Origin: an uncultured Phycisphaerales bacterium
GTDB lineage: Bacteria > Planctomycetota > Phycisphaerae > SM23-33
Direction of reading: 5' to 3'
NCBI GenBank assembly: GCA_965369385.1
Contig: CBDUQP010000004.1
Span: 1 to 61,368 of the forward strand
DNA length: 61,368 nucleotides
In this document: positions 49,031-58,412 of the stretch, piece after piece
Numbering within the stretch: position 1 is the stretch's first letter
How the letters are laid out: every line of letters begins with the position of its first letter
Made by a program: the position numbers and the translations under genes
The notes under the pieces: model-generated
The model's input: only the letters and a program-made list of their open reading frames with translations
Databases searched by the model: none
What the model was told of the DNA's origin: nothing

Positions 49031-51250
49031 ATGAAAGTGAGGGCTGACATGTTGGGAAGATTCTCCAAGATCAAGAAGCGGGAAAACGCAAAGAAAGCTT
49101 CATCAAGAACGCTTCCAGCGCAATTCGAGGCGATGGAAGAACGTCATTTACTCTCACTGCTGGGCGTTGGCGATGAACTTGGCAGGCCGGTAATCGCCTA
49201 CGATTCAATCGGTGTCGCCACCTACGATGCGGTCGCCGAAACATTCGACTCGACGGCACTTCCGCTGATGATCCGGCTTCCCGGCGGCTCGCCGAGACCC
49301 TTGCTGATTCGTCCGGACCGCGACTTCCAGCTGCATATTCGCGTTGGCAACGATGCTAATCTGCTTGGCGGTATAGAAGCACAGGATCTGGTTATCACAG
49401 GTAGCATTGATGTCAACAACGATGGCACGATGGACTACAGCGGCGTACTGCTCACCGGCGAGATCGCTGCGTTCGGATACCTTAACTCAGGCGACGATTT
49501 CGGTGCAGACCAGTTCGACTTCCGCTTCACGCCCACCGGCGGCGAATTGCTTCCGTTCTTCAGCGGAATGGACATCGGCGTGGAAATGGGTGTCGCCTAC
49601 ACTCCGGGTGTACACACGCCCTTCGAAGACGACTTCGCCGTTGACTTCCTTGGCCATGCACAAGGCATGGTTGGTGCCATCGCGTCACTTCCTCCGGTAC
49701 TGTCAGCAGTTTCCGGACAGGTGTACGATGACGCCAACAGCAATGGTGCCAATGACAGCGAAGCCGGGATCGCAGGTGTCGATGTCACTCTCACAGGTAC
49801 CGATAACGATGGCAATGCAGTCAACCTCACCACCATCACAGATGCCAACGGCGCATACTCCTTCGCGGACGTAGCGGCCGGAACTTACACCATCACCGAA
49901 ACCCAACCCGCTGAATACCTCGACGGCACTGCCGCCGCAGGCACGCTCGGCGGAGTGGCTGGCGAGAACGTCATCAGCGGTATCGTCATCGATGGCGAAG
50001 ACGGCACTGGCTATGACTTCGGCGAAATCACCGCAGGAAGCATCGCCGGCCTCGTGTATCTCGACTCAAACGGCACGACTGAAGCTCTTGAAGGCGTGAC
50101 AGTTGCACTGGCCGGTACGGACGATCGCGGCGACGCGGTCAGCCTGGCAACGCAGACAGCCGCCGACGGAACATATTCGTTCGGCGATCTGCGTCCCGGC
50201 ACCTACACCATCACCGAAACCCAACCCGCTGATTATCTCGATGGCGAATCCGCCGCAGGTACGCTTGGCGGAGTGGCTGGCGAGAATCTCATCAGCGGTA
50301 TCGTTGTTAATGGCACAGATGGAACAGGATATGACTTCAATGAAATCGTCGGTGCCACAATATCCGGCCTCGTCTTCGTCGACTTCAACGCCGATGCCGT
50401 AGTCAACTTCGGCGAACAGGCTCTTGAGGGCGTCACAGTTACGCTGACCGGCGCGGACGATCGCGGTGACGCAGTAGAAGTGGCTGCTCAAACCGACGCC
50501 GACGGAATCTACTCGTTCCTCAATCTGCGACCCGGTAATTACACGGTCACAGAAACACAGCCCGTCGATCTGCTCGATGGAGTGGACACACTAGGTTACA
50601 TTGAGGGCCTCGGCAGCACAGGTGTCGCCGGCAACGATGTGTTCAGTGGCGTCCAGGTTGGTGCAGGCAGCGACGCACTGAACTACAACTTCAGCGAACG
50701 TCCCGAAGCTGGCGTTGCCGTAACGGGCGGGCAAACCGCCACAATAGGCTACTGGCAGAACAAGAACGGCCAGAAGGTCATCAAGGGCCTAAACGCCGGC
50801 GTGAATGATACCCAACTTGGCAACTGGTTGGCTACTACACTGCCGAATCTCTACGGCGACCTGGCCGGTCTGACCAACGGTGAAGTAGCATTGCACTACC
50901 GCAGTGTGTTCCGTGCCAAGAAGATCAAAGGAACTGGCCCGCGCAAGGTCGAATCGCAGGTCCTGGCGACCGCACTGGCGTCATACGTGACAAACGCCAC
51001 GCTGGCGGGCACCTCTGCCGCATCGTACGGATTCATGGTTACCGAGTACGGCGTTGGTAACGCGACGTTCAGCATAGGTAACAACGGTGCGGCGTTCGGA
51101 GTTGCGGACTACACCATCATGACGGTGATAGATATGCTGAGAATCACTGACAGCATGTCTGCCAGCGGCGATCTGTACGATCTCGACTCGGTCCTTCGTA
51201 CAATGGCCAATGATGTCTACTGCGCGATCAATCAGGGCGGCGATATTTAA
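49031..51250 (+). CDS. Extracellular protein with LEPR-xLL-like leader and three SdrD B-like repeats
   Basis: Basic N-terminus then FEAMEERHLLS; three repeats SG.V..D...GV.VTLTG.D..G...T.ADG.YSF..L.PGTYTITETQP. Confidence 0.85.
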   Translation: MKVRADMLGRFSKIKKRENAKKASSRTLPAQFEAMEERHLLSLLGVGDELGRPVIAYDSIGVATYDAVAETFDSTALPLMIRLPGGSPRPLLIRPDRDFQLHIRVGNDANLLGGIEAQDLVITGSIDVNNDGTMDYSGVLLTGEIAAFGYLNSGDDFGADQFDFRFTPTGGELLPFFSGMDIGVEMGVAYTPGVHTPFEDDFAVDFLGHAQGMVGAIASLPPVLSAVSGQVYDDANSNGANDSEAGIAGVDVTLTGTDNDGNAVNLTTITDANGAYSFADVAAGTYTITETQPAEYLDGTAAAGTLGGVAGENVISGIVIDGEDGTGYDFGEITAGSIAGLVYLDSNGTTEALEGVTVALAGTDDRGDAVSLATQTAADGTYSFGDLRPGTYTITETQPADYLDGESAAGTLGGVAGENLISGIVVNGTDGTGYDFNEIVGATISGLVFVDFNADAVVNFGEQALEGVTVTLTGADDRGDAVEVAAQTDADGIYSFLNLRPGNYTVTETQPVDLLDGVDTLGYIEGLGSTGVAGNDVFSGVQVGAGSDALNYNFSERPEAGVAVTGGQTATIGYWQNKNGQKVIKGLNAGVNDTQLGNWLATTLPNLYGDLAGLTNGEVALHYRSVFRAKKIKGTGPRKVESQVLATALASYVTNATLAGTSAASYGFMVTEYGVGNATFSIGNNGAAFGVADYTIMTVIDMLRITDSMSASGDLYDLDSVLRTMANDVYCAINQGGDI
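49886..50304 (+). repeat. Intragenic direct repeat (about 100 bp, period 318 bp)
   Basis: 49886-49986 vs 50204-50304 share a 29-nt identical stretch TACACCATCACCGAAACCCAACCCGCTGA and GGCGGAGTGGCTGGCGAGAA. Confidence 0.85.
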
Positions 51251-51286
51251 TCCCCCGTTCCTGACTGTTGAATGATTGAAGATTCA

Positions 51287-51330
51287 AAAAGAAGCTGCAG
51301 ACCTGGCTCTTCAGGTCTGCAGCTTCTTTT
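51287..51330. terminator. Bidirectional intrinsic terminator
   Basis: Perfect 19-bp stem AAAAGAAGCTGCAGACCTG/CAGGTCTGCAGCTTCTTTT. Confidence 0.85.
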
Positions 51331-51364
51331 CATTTGCACTCATGTACCATTTGACATGATCGAA

Positions 51365-52264
51365 TCAGTCTTCGGTCTGCCGCCAATCGCTCGGTGTCAT
51401 GCCGGTGTAACGTTTGAACACCGTCGAGAAATACCCGCCCGAGGAGAAACCAAGTCGACGGGCGATCGACGCGATCGACATCACCCCGCAAGAAGCACCA
51501 GGCCCGCCGGCCAGCATATCCTTGGCAAGTTCCATCTTCCTTCGCAACACATAGTCTGCCGGCGACAGACCCACCTGCTGGCGAAACTTCGCCTTGAACC
51601 ATGACGGCGACAGACCCATCTGCTCGGCCAGCACGCCAACGTCCACAGGCATCTCCGGGTGCGCGTCTATGTAGCTCAAAATGGAATTGATATCCTCACT
51701 CGCCCTGTCCGACTGCGCCCTGTGCCCGCAGTCGCCAATCGCAAGCAGCAGCTCAGTTATCCTCGCCGCAGCCGCCACTGATCTCAATTCCTCCGGCAGT
51801 TCCACACACGCTTCGAACACCGCGTCAAACAGTTCGCCAAGACGCCGCGTGCCCTTGAACGAGCGGCTTGGCACATTCAACAGGCGATCCACCAGTGGCT
51901 TGGCCAGCGCATAGCGTTGCCCCAGAAAACTCCTGCCTCGCCGGGGCATGCGTAATACCGCCCAATACAACGTGCCCTTCCCCTCGGGCCAACTGCCGCT
52001 GCTGTGCTCCTCGTGAGGGAATGTCAAGTGCACATCCCCGCTACACATCACATAGTCCCTGCCGCCAACGCGATAGACCTGCCTGCCCCTGGCAAGGTAG
52101 CACACCTCAAGGCAATCGCCATGGCTGTGAACACCAAGCCTGGTCGTCGTCGCACGTGAATAGTTATACCATCCGATGTTGGCAACACTGTCGCCCAGAT
52201 GGATTTCCTCGAACCGATCATAGATGAACCGGTTCACGCCGGATTTGAATCCTGACTCTGCCAT
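51365..52264 (-). CDS. AraC family transcriptional regulator (cupin + HTH)
   Basis: HSHGDCLEVCY cupin; LAEQMGLSPSWFKAKF; LGFSSGGYFSTVFKRYTGMTP. Confidence 0.92.
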   Translation of the reverse strand: MAESGFKSGVNRFIYDRFEEIHLGDSVANIGWYNYSRATTTRLGVHSHGDCLEVCYLARGRQVYRVGGRDYVMCSGDVHLTFPHEEHSSGSWPEGKGTLYWAVLRMPRRGRSFLGQRYALAKPLVDRLLNVPSRSFKGTRRLGELFDAVFEACVELPEELRSVAAAARITELLLAIGDCGHRAQSDRASEDINSILSYIDAHPEMPVDVGVLAEQMGLSPSWFKAKFRQQVGLSPADYVLRRKMELAKDMLAGGPGASCGVMSIASIARRLGFSSGGYFSTVFKRYTGMTPSDWRQTED

Positions 52265-52382
52265 GTTTGAAATTGTATGGCGATACGATATTGGGTTCAA
52301 TCTTTTTTCAATGTCGATATAATCGCAGACATAGAGTTCGCAACCAGCCGGACCTTTCGACGATCAGGACAATGGCAATACC

Positions 52383-53348
52383 ATGACCAGCAGAGAATTA
52401 GTAAAACGCGCTATCAAATTCGAATCTCCCGAGAGAATCCCCTTTACGCTCCCCGGAGATTACGGTGACGACACGGCCTGGGTAAGGATGGCACCCTACG
52501 TGGACGAACGCCCGCCCACTGGCCCCGACGAATGGGGCGCCGTATGGGAGAATATCGGGGTATCCAAGATGGGAGAGGTCAAGGAATTCCCCCTTCTCGA
52601 CTGGGCAGACTTCGACAAACTCACCATACCAGATGTCACACGGGCCGACCGCTGGGAGAACATGGCCGGCGTGCGCGAGTACGCCGGTGACAGATTCCTC
52701 GGGGCATCCGGCGTATCACTCTACGAACGCACGCACTTCATACGAGGCCTGGAGAACGTCTGGTGCGACATCTACGAAAATCCCGACCAGCTCGGCCGCC
52801 TTATCGACATCCTCGTAGACATGAACCTGTATGCAATCAAGCAGTACGCCCAGGCAGGCGTCGACGGATACATGTGGTGGGATGACTGGGGCCTGCAGGA
52901 CAGGACCATGATCTCGCCGGATGCATTCCGCGAAATATGGAAACCACGATACGCACGCGTATACCAGGCCGCCCACGATGCGGGGATGCTCACCTTCCTC
53001 CACAGTTGCGGGCACATCGTGGATATCCTCGACGATCTCATCGAGGCCGGTCTGGACGTGATCCAGATGGATCAGCAGACAAACATGGGCCTCGATCTGC
53101 TCAGCGAACGATTCCGCGGCCGAATCACCTTCTGGTGCCCAGTGGATATTCAATCGGTAATGCCGCACGGCAGTGACGATGAGATTCGCGCATACGTAAG
53201 AGAGATGGCAACGAAGCTGGGAAGCCCCGAAGGCGGGTTCATCGGCAAATGGTACGGCGACCCCGTCGGCGCGGGTCACTCTGAGCATTCCGTCAAGGTA
53301 ATGTGCGAGGAATTCGTCAAGCTCAGCACGCAGAATCTGTGGGAGTAG
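52383..53348 (+). CDS. Uroporphyrinogen decarboxylase / MtaA-CmuA fold protein
   Basis: MTSRELVKRAI, DEWGAVW, RGLEN, DDWGLQD..MISP, FLHSCG, TFWCPVDIQ. Confidence 0.85.
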   Translation: MTSRELVKRAIKFESPERIPFTLPGDYGDDTAWVRMAPYVDERPPTGPDEWGAVWENIGVSKMGEVKEFPLLDWADFDKLTIPDVTRADRWENMAGVREYAGDRFLGASGVSLYERTHFIRGLENVWCDIYENPDQLGRLIDILVDMNLYAIKQYAQAGVDGYMWWDDWGLQDRTMISPDAFREIWKPRYARVYQAAHDAGMLTFLHSCGHIVDILDDLIEAGLDVIQMDQQTNMGLDLLSERFRGRITFWCPVDIQSVMPHGSDDEIRAYVREMATKLGSPEGGFIGKWYGDPVGAGHSEHSVKVMCEEFVKLSTQNLWE

Positions 53349-53385
53349 TTCGCCATGTTCTACGCGCCGCACATGGGCCATACTG

Positions 53386-54195
53386 CTACGGGCCTGCGGT
53401 GCGTTCCTGTGATCGGAACTGGCGCGGGCTCATGCCGGTCTGCTTCTTGAATGTTTTCGACAGGTGGAACGCATCGGAGAACCCGACGTCGGCTGCGATG
53501 CTTTCAAGCGTCAGATCGGTAGTCCACAAACTGCGCTGGGCGGCGGCCACGCGTTTCCGCACCAGATACTGCCCGGGCGGCTGGCCCATGCATTGGGCGA
53601 ATCGCTTCGAGAAATGCCCTGATGACATGTGGCACAACCGTGCCATGTCGGCGATCGCAATCGAGCCACCGAGATTGGCTTCGATATGCTCAAGTGCCGG
53701 CTGAAAACGCGATATTTGCTCTCGTCTTCGCGAACGCCCCGCCGGGTCACCAGCAGCCAGGAACAGCGACAGCATATCAAGCAGGCGTGCGTTAATTCTG
53801 AAAGGCGCGTCGGCACCCGGATGCCTGACCAGATGCCTCAGCGCGGCCATGTGCCCGGGAACATCATCCCTATCGTCGGGCGTGAGCATCTTGGCACACT
53901 CGATGAACTCGAACAGGTCAACCCCACCCAGCAGCTCACACGTGAAGTGCACCCACTGTATCGTTACGTGTTTCTCGCACTCATAGGTGTGCACCGTGTG
54001 CGAAGGAATCGCCACCAAGCGCCCCGGCGTCAGATCATAATCTCGCCCACCAAAGTGCAGATGCCCCCTGCCGCTCTCAATGTAATAGAGCTTGGCCCAT
54101 GGCGAAAGTTCCGTGGCATGCCACGCTACGCCGAGCGTATCCCGCCTCGCAACCGACAGCCGTAATCGCAATGTCGCCAGAATCGGATCGTACAT
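53386..54195 (-). CDS. AraC family transcriptional regulator
   Basis: LYYIESGRG, MARLCHMSSGHFSKRF, VGFSDAFHLSKTFKKQTGMSP. Confidence 0.92.
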   Translation of the reverse strand: MYDPILATLRLRLSVARRDTLGVAWHATELSPWAKLYYIESGRGHLHFGGRDYDLTPGRLVAIPSHTVHTYECEKHVTIQWVHFTCELLGGVDLFEFIECAKMLTPDDRDDVPGHMAALRHLVRHPGADAPFRINARLLDMLSLFLAAGDPAGRSRRREQISRFQPALEHIEANLGGSIAIADMARLCHMSSGHFSKRFAQCMGQPPGQYLVRKRVAAAQRSLWTTDLTLESIAADVGFSDAFHLSKTFKKQTGMSPRQFRSQERTAGP

Positions 54196-54337
54196 GCAGG
54201 CACTCTCTGCAGAATCTCACAGAAACACTCCCGATATGGGAGAATGTCACGATTATACATGTTCTGTACATATTCCGCCATGGTTGAACAGCACATTCCC
54301 CGGCATAATGCGATAATACGCTATTGGAGAACACCTA

Positions 54338-55609
54338 ATGCTACATGAATACAAAGACATCCCGTCCACCGACATTGACACCCTTCGCAAGTTGCAGGAA
54401 CAGGTTGCACACATAGCACAGGATCCTGTCCACAAAGAGCGAGCCGAGCTCTGGCGAAGGCTGAACGATCTGGAATCTACGCGACCAATGCTGTGGATGA
54501 TGGAATTCCCGTTGAATGAGATTGATGAGGACCCGGAACTGGCCCTCACCTGCCAGCACGAAAAGGCGCGATTCACCGAAATATGCATTCGTCGCCAACT
54601 CTACCACTTGAAGCATTACCCGGGTGATACTGTAGTCAACGACTTCATCGGCAGCCCCATCTGCTTCAGCAGCACCGGTTTTGGAATCGTCGAAGATGTC
54701 GATATCGTCAGAACTGAAGAAAGCAGCAGTGTGGTCAGCCGGGAATTCCACAGGCAGATCGTCGACCCCGAGGACCTCGACAAGATCAAGATGCCAGTAG
54801 TCACATACGATGCGGAAGCTACCGAAGCGGCCTATGAATACCAATGTGCGATTTTCGGCGACATCATGCCCGTGAAGAAGATCAAACATATGCACACTTG
54901 GTACACACCATGGGACAACCTCATCCGCTGGTGGGGTGTAGAAGAAGCCATGCTCGATCTGGTGATGAAACCGGACCTCGTGCACGCGGCCGTCGAGAAA
55001 ATGGTGGACGCCTATCTTGCAGAGCTTGACCAGCTAGAACAGATGAACCTGCTGGCGACCAACTGCACAAACTGCAGAATCGGATCCGGCGGATACGGAT
55101 ACACCAATGCCCTGCCGGGTGACGATTACGATCCCCAGTACGTGCGGCCGCACAATATGTGGGGATGTGCCAACGCCCAGATATTCTCAGCAGTCTCGCC
55201 CGAGATGCACTGGGAATTTGCGGTTAAGCATGACATGCGATGGCTCGAGCGTTGGGGCATGACCTATTACGGATGCTGCGAACCGCTCGACTTGAAGATG
55301 GACGTCCTGCGACGGATTCCGAATCTCCGCAAGATATCGATAAGCCCCTGGTGCGATCTTGAACGAGCCGCAGCCGAGATAGGAACCGACTACGTAATCA
55401 GTCACAAGCCCAACCCGGCGATTCTCGCAGAAGACCGATGGCGGCCGGAGCAGGCACGCAAGGAAATCGCCGACGCACTGGATAAGCTCGCCGGATGCCA
55501 CGTCGAAATCATCCTCAAGGATATCTCAACATGCAGGCACGATCCCAAACGCCTCTGGGAATGGGAAACAATCGCAATGGAAGAAATCTTCAAACGCTAT
55601 CCGGACTAA
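54338..55609 (+). CDS. URO-D-fold hypothetical protein (YYGCCEPL subfamily)
   Basis: WWGVEEAMLDLVMKPDLVH, AQIFSAVSPEMHWEF, YYGCCEPLD, ISISPW, KPNP. Confidence 0.72.
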   Translation: MLHEYKDIPSTDIDTLRKLQEQVAHIAQDPVHKERAELWRRLNDLESTRPMLWMMEFPLNEIDEDPELALTCQHEKARFTEICIRRQLYHLKHYPGDTVVNDFIGSPICFSSTGFGIVEDVDIVRTEESSSVVSREFHRQIVDPEDLDKIKMPVVTYDAEATEAAYEYQCAIFGDIMPVKKIKHMHTWYTPWDNLIRWWGVEEAMLDLVMKPDLVHAAVEKMVDAYLAELDQLEQMNLLATNCTNCRIGSGGYGYTNALPGDDYDPQYVRPHNMWGCANAQIFSAVSPEMHWEFAVKHDMRWLERWGMTYYGCCEPLDLKMDVLRRIPNLRKISISPWCDLERAAAEIGTDYVISHKPNPAILAEDRWRPEQARKEIADALDKLAGCHVEIILKDISTCRHDPKRLWEWETIAMEEIFKRYPD

Positions 55610-55784
55610 GCAACAACGGCACCAGTTGCCCCGTAACAACTGTTCCATTAGCCTGTTACAGGCCATCCATCAATCATGGGGTAGACAACAACTGCGGTTT
55701 GGCCTTATAATCGTGTCTCGCGTGTCGCAGGAGGCATGCAGGTGGTCTGTTTTCGAGTGGCCAATACATAACCTGGAGGAATCT

Positions 55785-56837
55785 ATGTCAAGTCGATCAC
55801 TGTTCAATCGCAGTCGCAAAGCTTCAACACCCGGCCGCACGGTCAATCCAATCGTCTTCGAAACGGTGGAAGAACGAACGCTCTTGACGGCGGTTGCTCC
55901 GCTCAACATCGCACCTGTTGTCACCGATCAGATCGCGGCGATCAGTGTGGATTCGGCCATTACTTCTTCAACTGAAGTCGACCTGACCAGCCACTTCGAT
56001 GATGCCGACGTTCTCTATCGGTTTGATAGCGTCATGGGCGATATCGACGTGAGAATGTTCCCAACGGCCACGCCCGGAACGGTAACGAACTTCCAGACAT
56101 ACGCGGACGCCGGCGACTACGACAGCAGCTTCATTCATCGCTCCGTGCCCGACTTCATTATCCAGGGCGGAATGGCCACCTGGTCCGATGATCCTGCCGG
56201 CGCATCCTATATCGCCACTCATCCCCCTATCACCAACGAACCCGGCATTTCCAACGTCCGGGGCACAATCGCGATGGCCAAGCTGGGCGACAATCCCGAC
56301 AGCGCAACATGCCAGTGGTTCTTCAATGTCGGAGATAACTCCGAGAATCTGGACGCACAGAATGGCGGATTCACCGTCTTCGGAACCGTAGTCGGTGACG
56401 GAATGGACGTCGTCGATGCTATCAACGCACTGACAACATATGACGCCGGGGGCGCATATACGCAGTTACCGTTGCGCAGCGAGCCGATTGATCATGTCAG
56501 CAGCGAACACATTGTCCTGTTCAACTCCATCAGCCAGATCGCAGATGAGCTGGCGTTCGAAGTTGTCGGCAACACCAATGCCGCCGTCATCTCCGCCAAC
56601 GTCGACGCAGCCGGCATGCTGCAACTTGAATACGCAACCGGCCAGGCTGGCGAGGGGCAGATAACCGTGCGTGCAACCGATCTCGATGGCGCATTCGTTG
56701 ACACCACCTTCGACGTCAACGTAACCCCCGAACCGGCGACAATCGCAATCATGGCAGCAGGCGGAGCCATAATCGCCACCCGACGCAAACGCAAAGAACA
56801 AAACCAAGCCACTGTCGCCCAGCAAGAAGACAAATAG
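55785..56837 (+). CDS. Cyclophilin-type peptidylprolyl isomerase with LEPR-xLL-like leader and PEP-CTERM tail
   Basis: FETVEERTLLT; TVTNF, FIHRSVPDFIIQGG, RGTIAMAK, QWFFN, FTVFGTV; VTPEPATIAIMAAGGAIIATRRKRK; GGAGGA RBS. Confidence 0.88.
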   Translation: MSSRSLFNRSRKASTPGRTVNPIVFETVEERTLLTAVAPLNIAPVVTDQIAAISVDSAITSSTEVDLTSHFDDADVLYRFDSVMGDIDVRMFPTATPGTVTNFQTYADAGDYDSSFIHRSVPDFIIQGGMATWSDDPAGASYIATHPPITNEPGISNVRGTIAMAKLGDNPDSATCQWFFNVGDNSENLDAQNGGFTVFGTVVGDGMDVVDAINALTTYDAGGAYTQLPLRSEPIDHVSSEHIVLFNSISQIADELAFEVVGNTNAAVISANVDAAGMLQLEYATGQAGEGQITVRATDLDGAFVDTTFDVNVTPEPATIAIMAAGGAIIATRRKRKEQNQATVAQQEDK

Positions 56838-56870
56838 CGAGAGCAAACACAAACTCCCGCCAATAGCATT

Positions 56871-56926
56871 CACAATCAGCCTACGCGCATGCACTACTCC
56901 CTGGTGCAAGCCGTGGGCTGATTGTG
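56871..56926 (+). terminator. Long hairpin after the cyclophilin gene
   Basis: CACAATCAGCCTACG..TGCAC / GTGCA..CGTGGGCTGATTGTG; no U-tract. Confidence 0.4.
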
Positions 56927-57269
56927 CATGAACCCATCGGGGTTTCGCCAAGAGCTGTGGAACAAACCTATCTTCAGCCTAACCGTAAGCACCAGTAACC
57001 ATCGAGATAGCTCTATTCATCGGATGCGGCGGGCAGGTGTCCATTTTCGGCCGGGGTGATCAAATTTACGCATAATCGTTGATACTATCGATGATCACTC
57101 GGGACAGGTGTTGTTTTCATTTCGCATGTGGGGTAATGCTGTGACTTGAATGTGTGTTTCGGCCTGCTGTCGGCGACTGCCAGCGAATTCCGGCCGTTTG
57201 CACCGTATAATCCGTTATGGTGCCGGGCATTGGCAATGAATGCGGGCAACTTCTGGAGAACCGAGCGAG

Positions 57270-58313
57270 ATGAGCAAGATACTAGATAAGCTTGAGCAGG
57301 TGCGGCCGTATTGGGATGCCTATTGGAAAGGCGATGTGCCCATGCTTTGCAGCGTTGTCCCGCATGATAACGCCAACCGTATACCCGCCCCGCCGCTGGG
57401 CATCACCCGCAAGACAGACATCAAAGCCCTTGCCGATTCGCTCCTCAAATGGGCAGATGCAAATGAGTTCCTCGGTGGCGCAATTCCGTATTACTGCGTA
57501 TACCTGTTCGACATCTACGGATTGCTACCGGCCCTGTTTGGCGGCGAGATCACCCAAGCCGGCGACAGCCATGGCATGGTACCGTTCATCGACGATCTGG
57601 ACACTGTGGAACTGGTGGCCAACTTCGATCATGAAGTCGCCATAAGGTTCAGAGATACCACGCGGCAGCTTCAGGAACTCTGCGGCGATTCTATCCTGAT
57701 CTCCGCCAGCGCCATCGGCGGAAACCTGGACGCCCTCGAAGCCATACGAGGCAGCTCGAATCTCCTGATGGATCTCTATGACAATCCTGAAGGCGTGCAT
57801 CGCTGCCTGAAACAGGTAGACAAGGCCGTCGCCCAGGCATTGGAGTTTTATGCTGAGCTCTATGATTTCGAAACTTTCGGAAGCGTCTGCAGACACGGCC
57901 TGTATTCCCGCGGCAAAGTCGCCATTCCACAATGCGACTTCGGATACATGATAAGCCCGGAACACTTCAAGGAATTCGCCCTGCCATATTTACATCAGGA
58001 ATTCGCGCGTCTTGACGGCGTATGCTATCATCTCGACGGACTGGGAAACCTGCCGAACCTCGAACCGCTTTGCAATGAGCCTGATCTGCACTGCATCCAA
58101 TGGGTTGCCGGAGCCGGCCACGAGCACGAGGACTGGTCACACGTGTTCGAGCGGGCCGATGAACTGGGCAAGGGTGGAATGCGTGATGGACCTATCGATG
58201 CCTTCGAACAATGGTACGCCAAGCACAAAGCCCCATGGCAGTATTGGCGTGTGTACACCGATTCCAAGGCCGATATCACCGCATGCCTGAAGAATATGGG
58301 CGTAGATTACTGA
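57270..58313 (+). CDS. URO-D / corrinoid methyltransferase-fold hypothetical protein (YHLDG subfamily)
   Basis: LEAIRGSSNLLMDLYDNPE, QCDFGYMISPEHFKEFALP, CYHLDG, IQWVAGAG. Confidence 0.72.
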   Translation: MSKILDKLEQVRPYWDAYWKGDVPMLCSVVPHDNANRIPAPPLGITRKTDIKALADSLLKWADANEFLGGAIPYYCVYLFDIYGLLPALFGGEITQAGDSHGMVPFIDDLDTVELVANFDHEVAIRFRDTTRQLQELCGDSILISASAIGGNLDALEAIRGSSNLLMDLYDNPEGVHRCLKQVDKAVAQALEFYAELYDFETFGSVCRHGLYSRGKVAIPQCDFGYMISPEHFKEFALPYLHQEFARLDGVCYHLDGLGNLPNLEPLCNEPDLHCIQWVAGAGHEHEDWSHVFERADELGKGGMRDGPIDAFEQWYAKHKAPWQYWRVYTDSKADITACLKNMGVDY

Positions 58314-58412
58314 TACTCAGGCTCCACGCAGCGCACTACCACCACTACCGCCAATGAATGTGCAGATCCCGTAATCCGAGAATGCCAACTGCATATGTCT
58401 CGGGCAGGGAGC

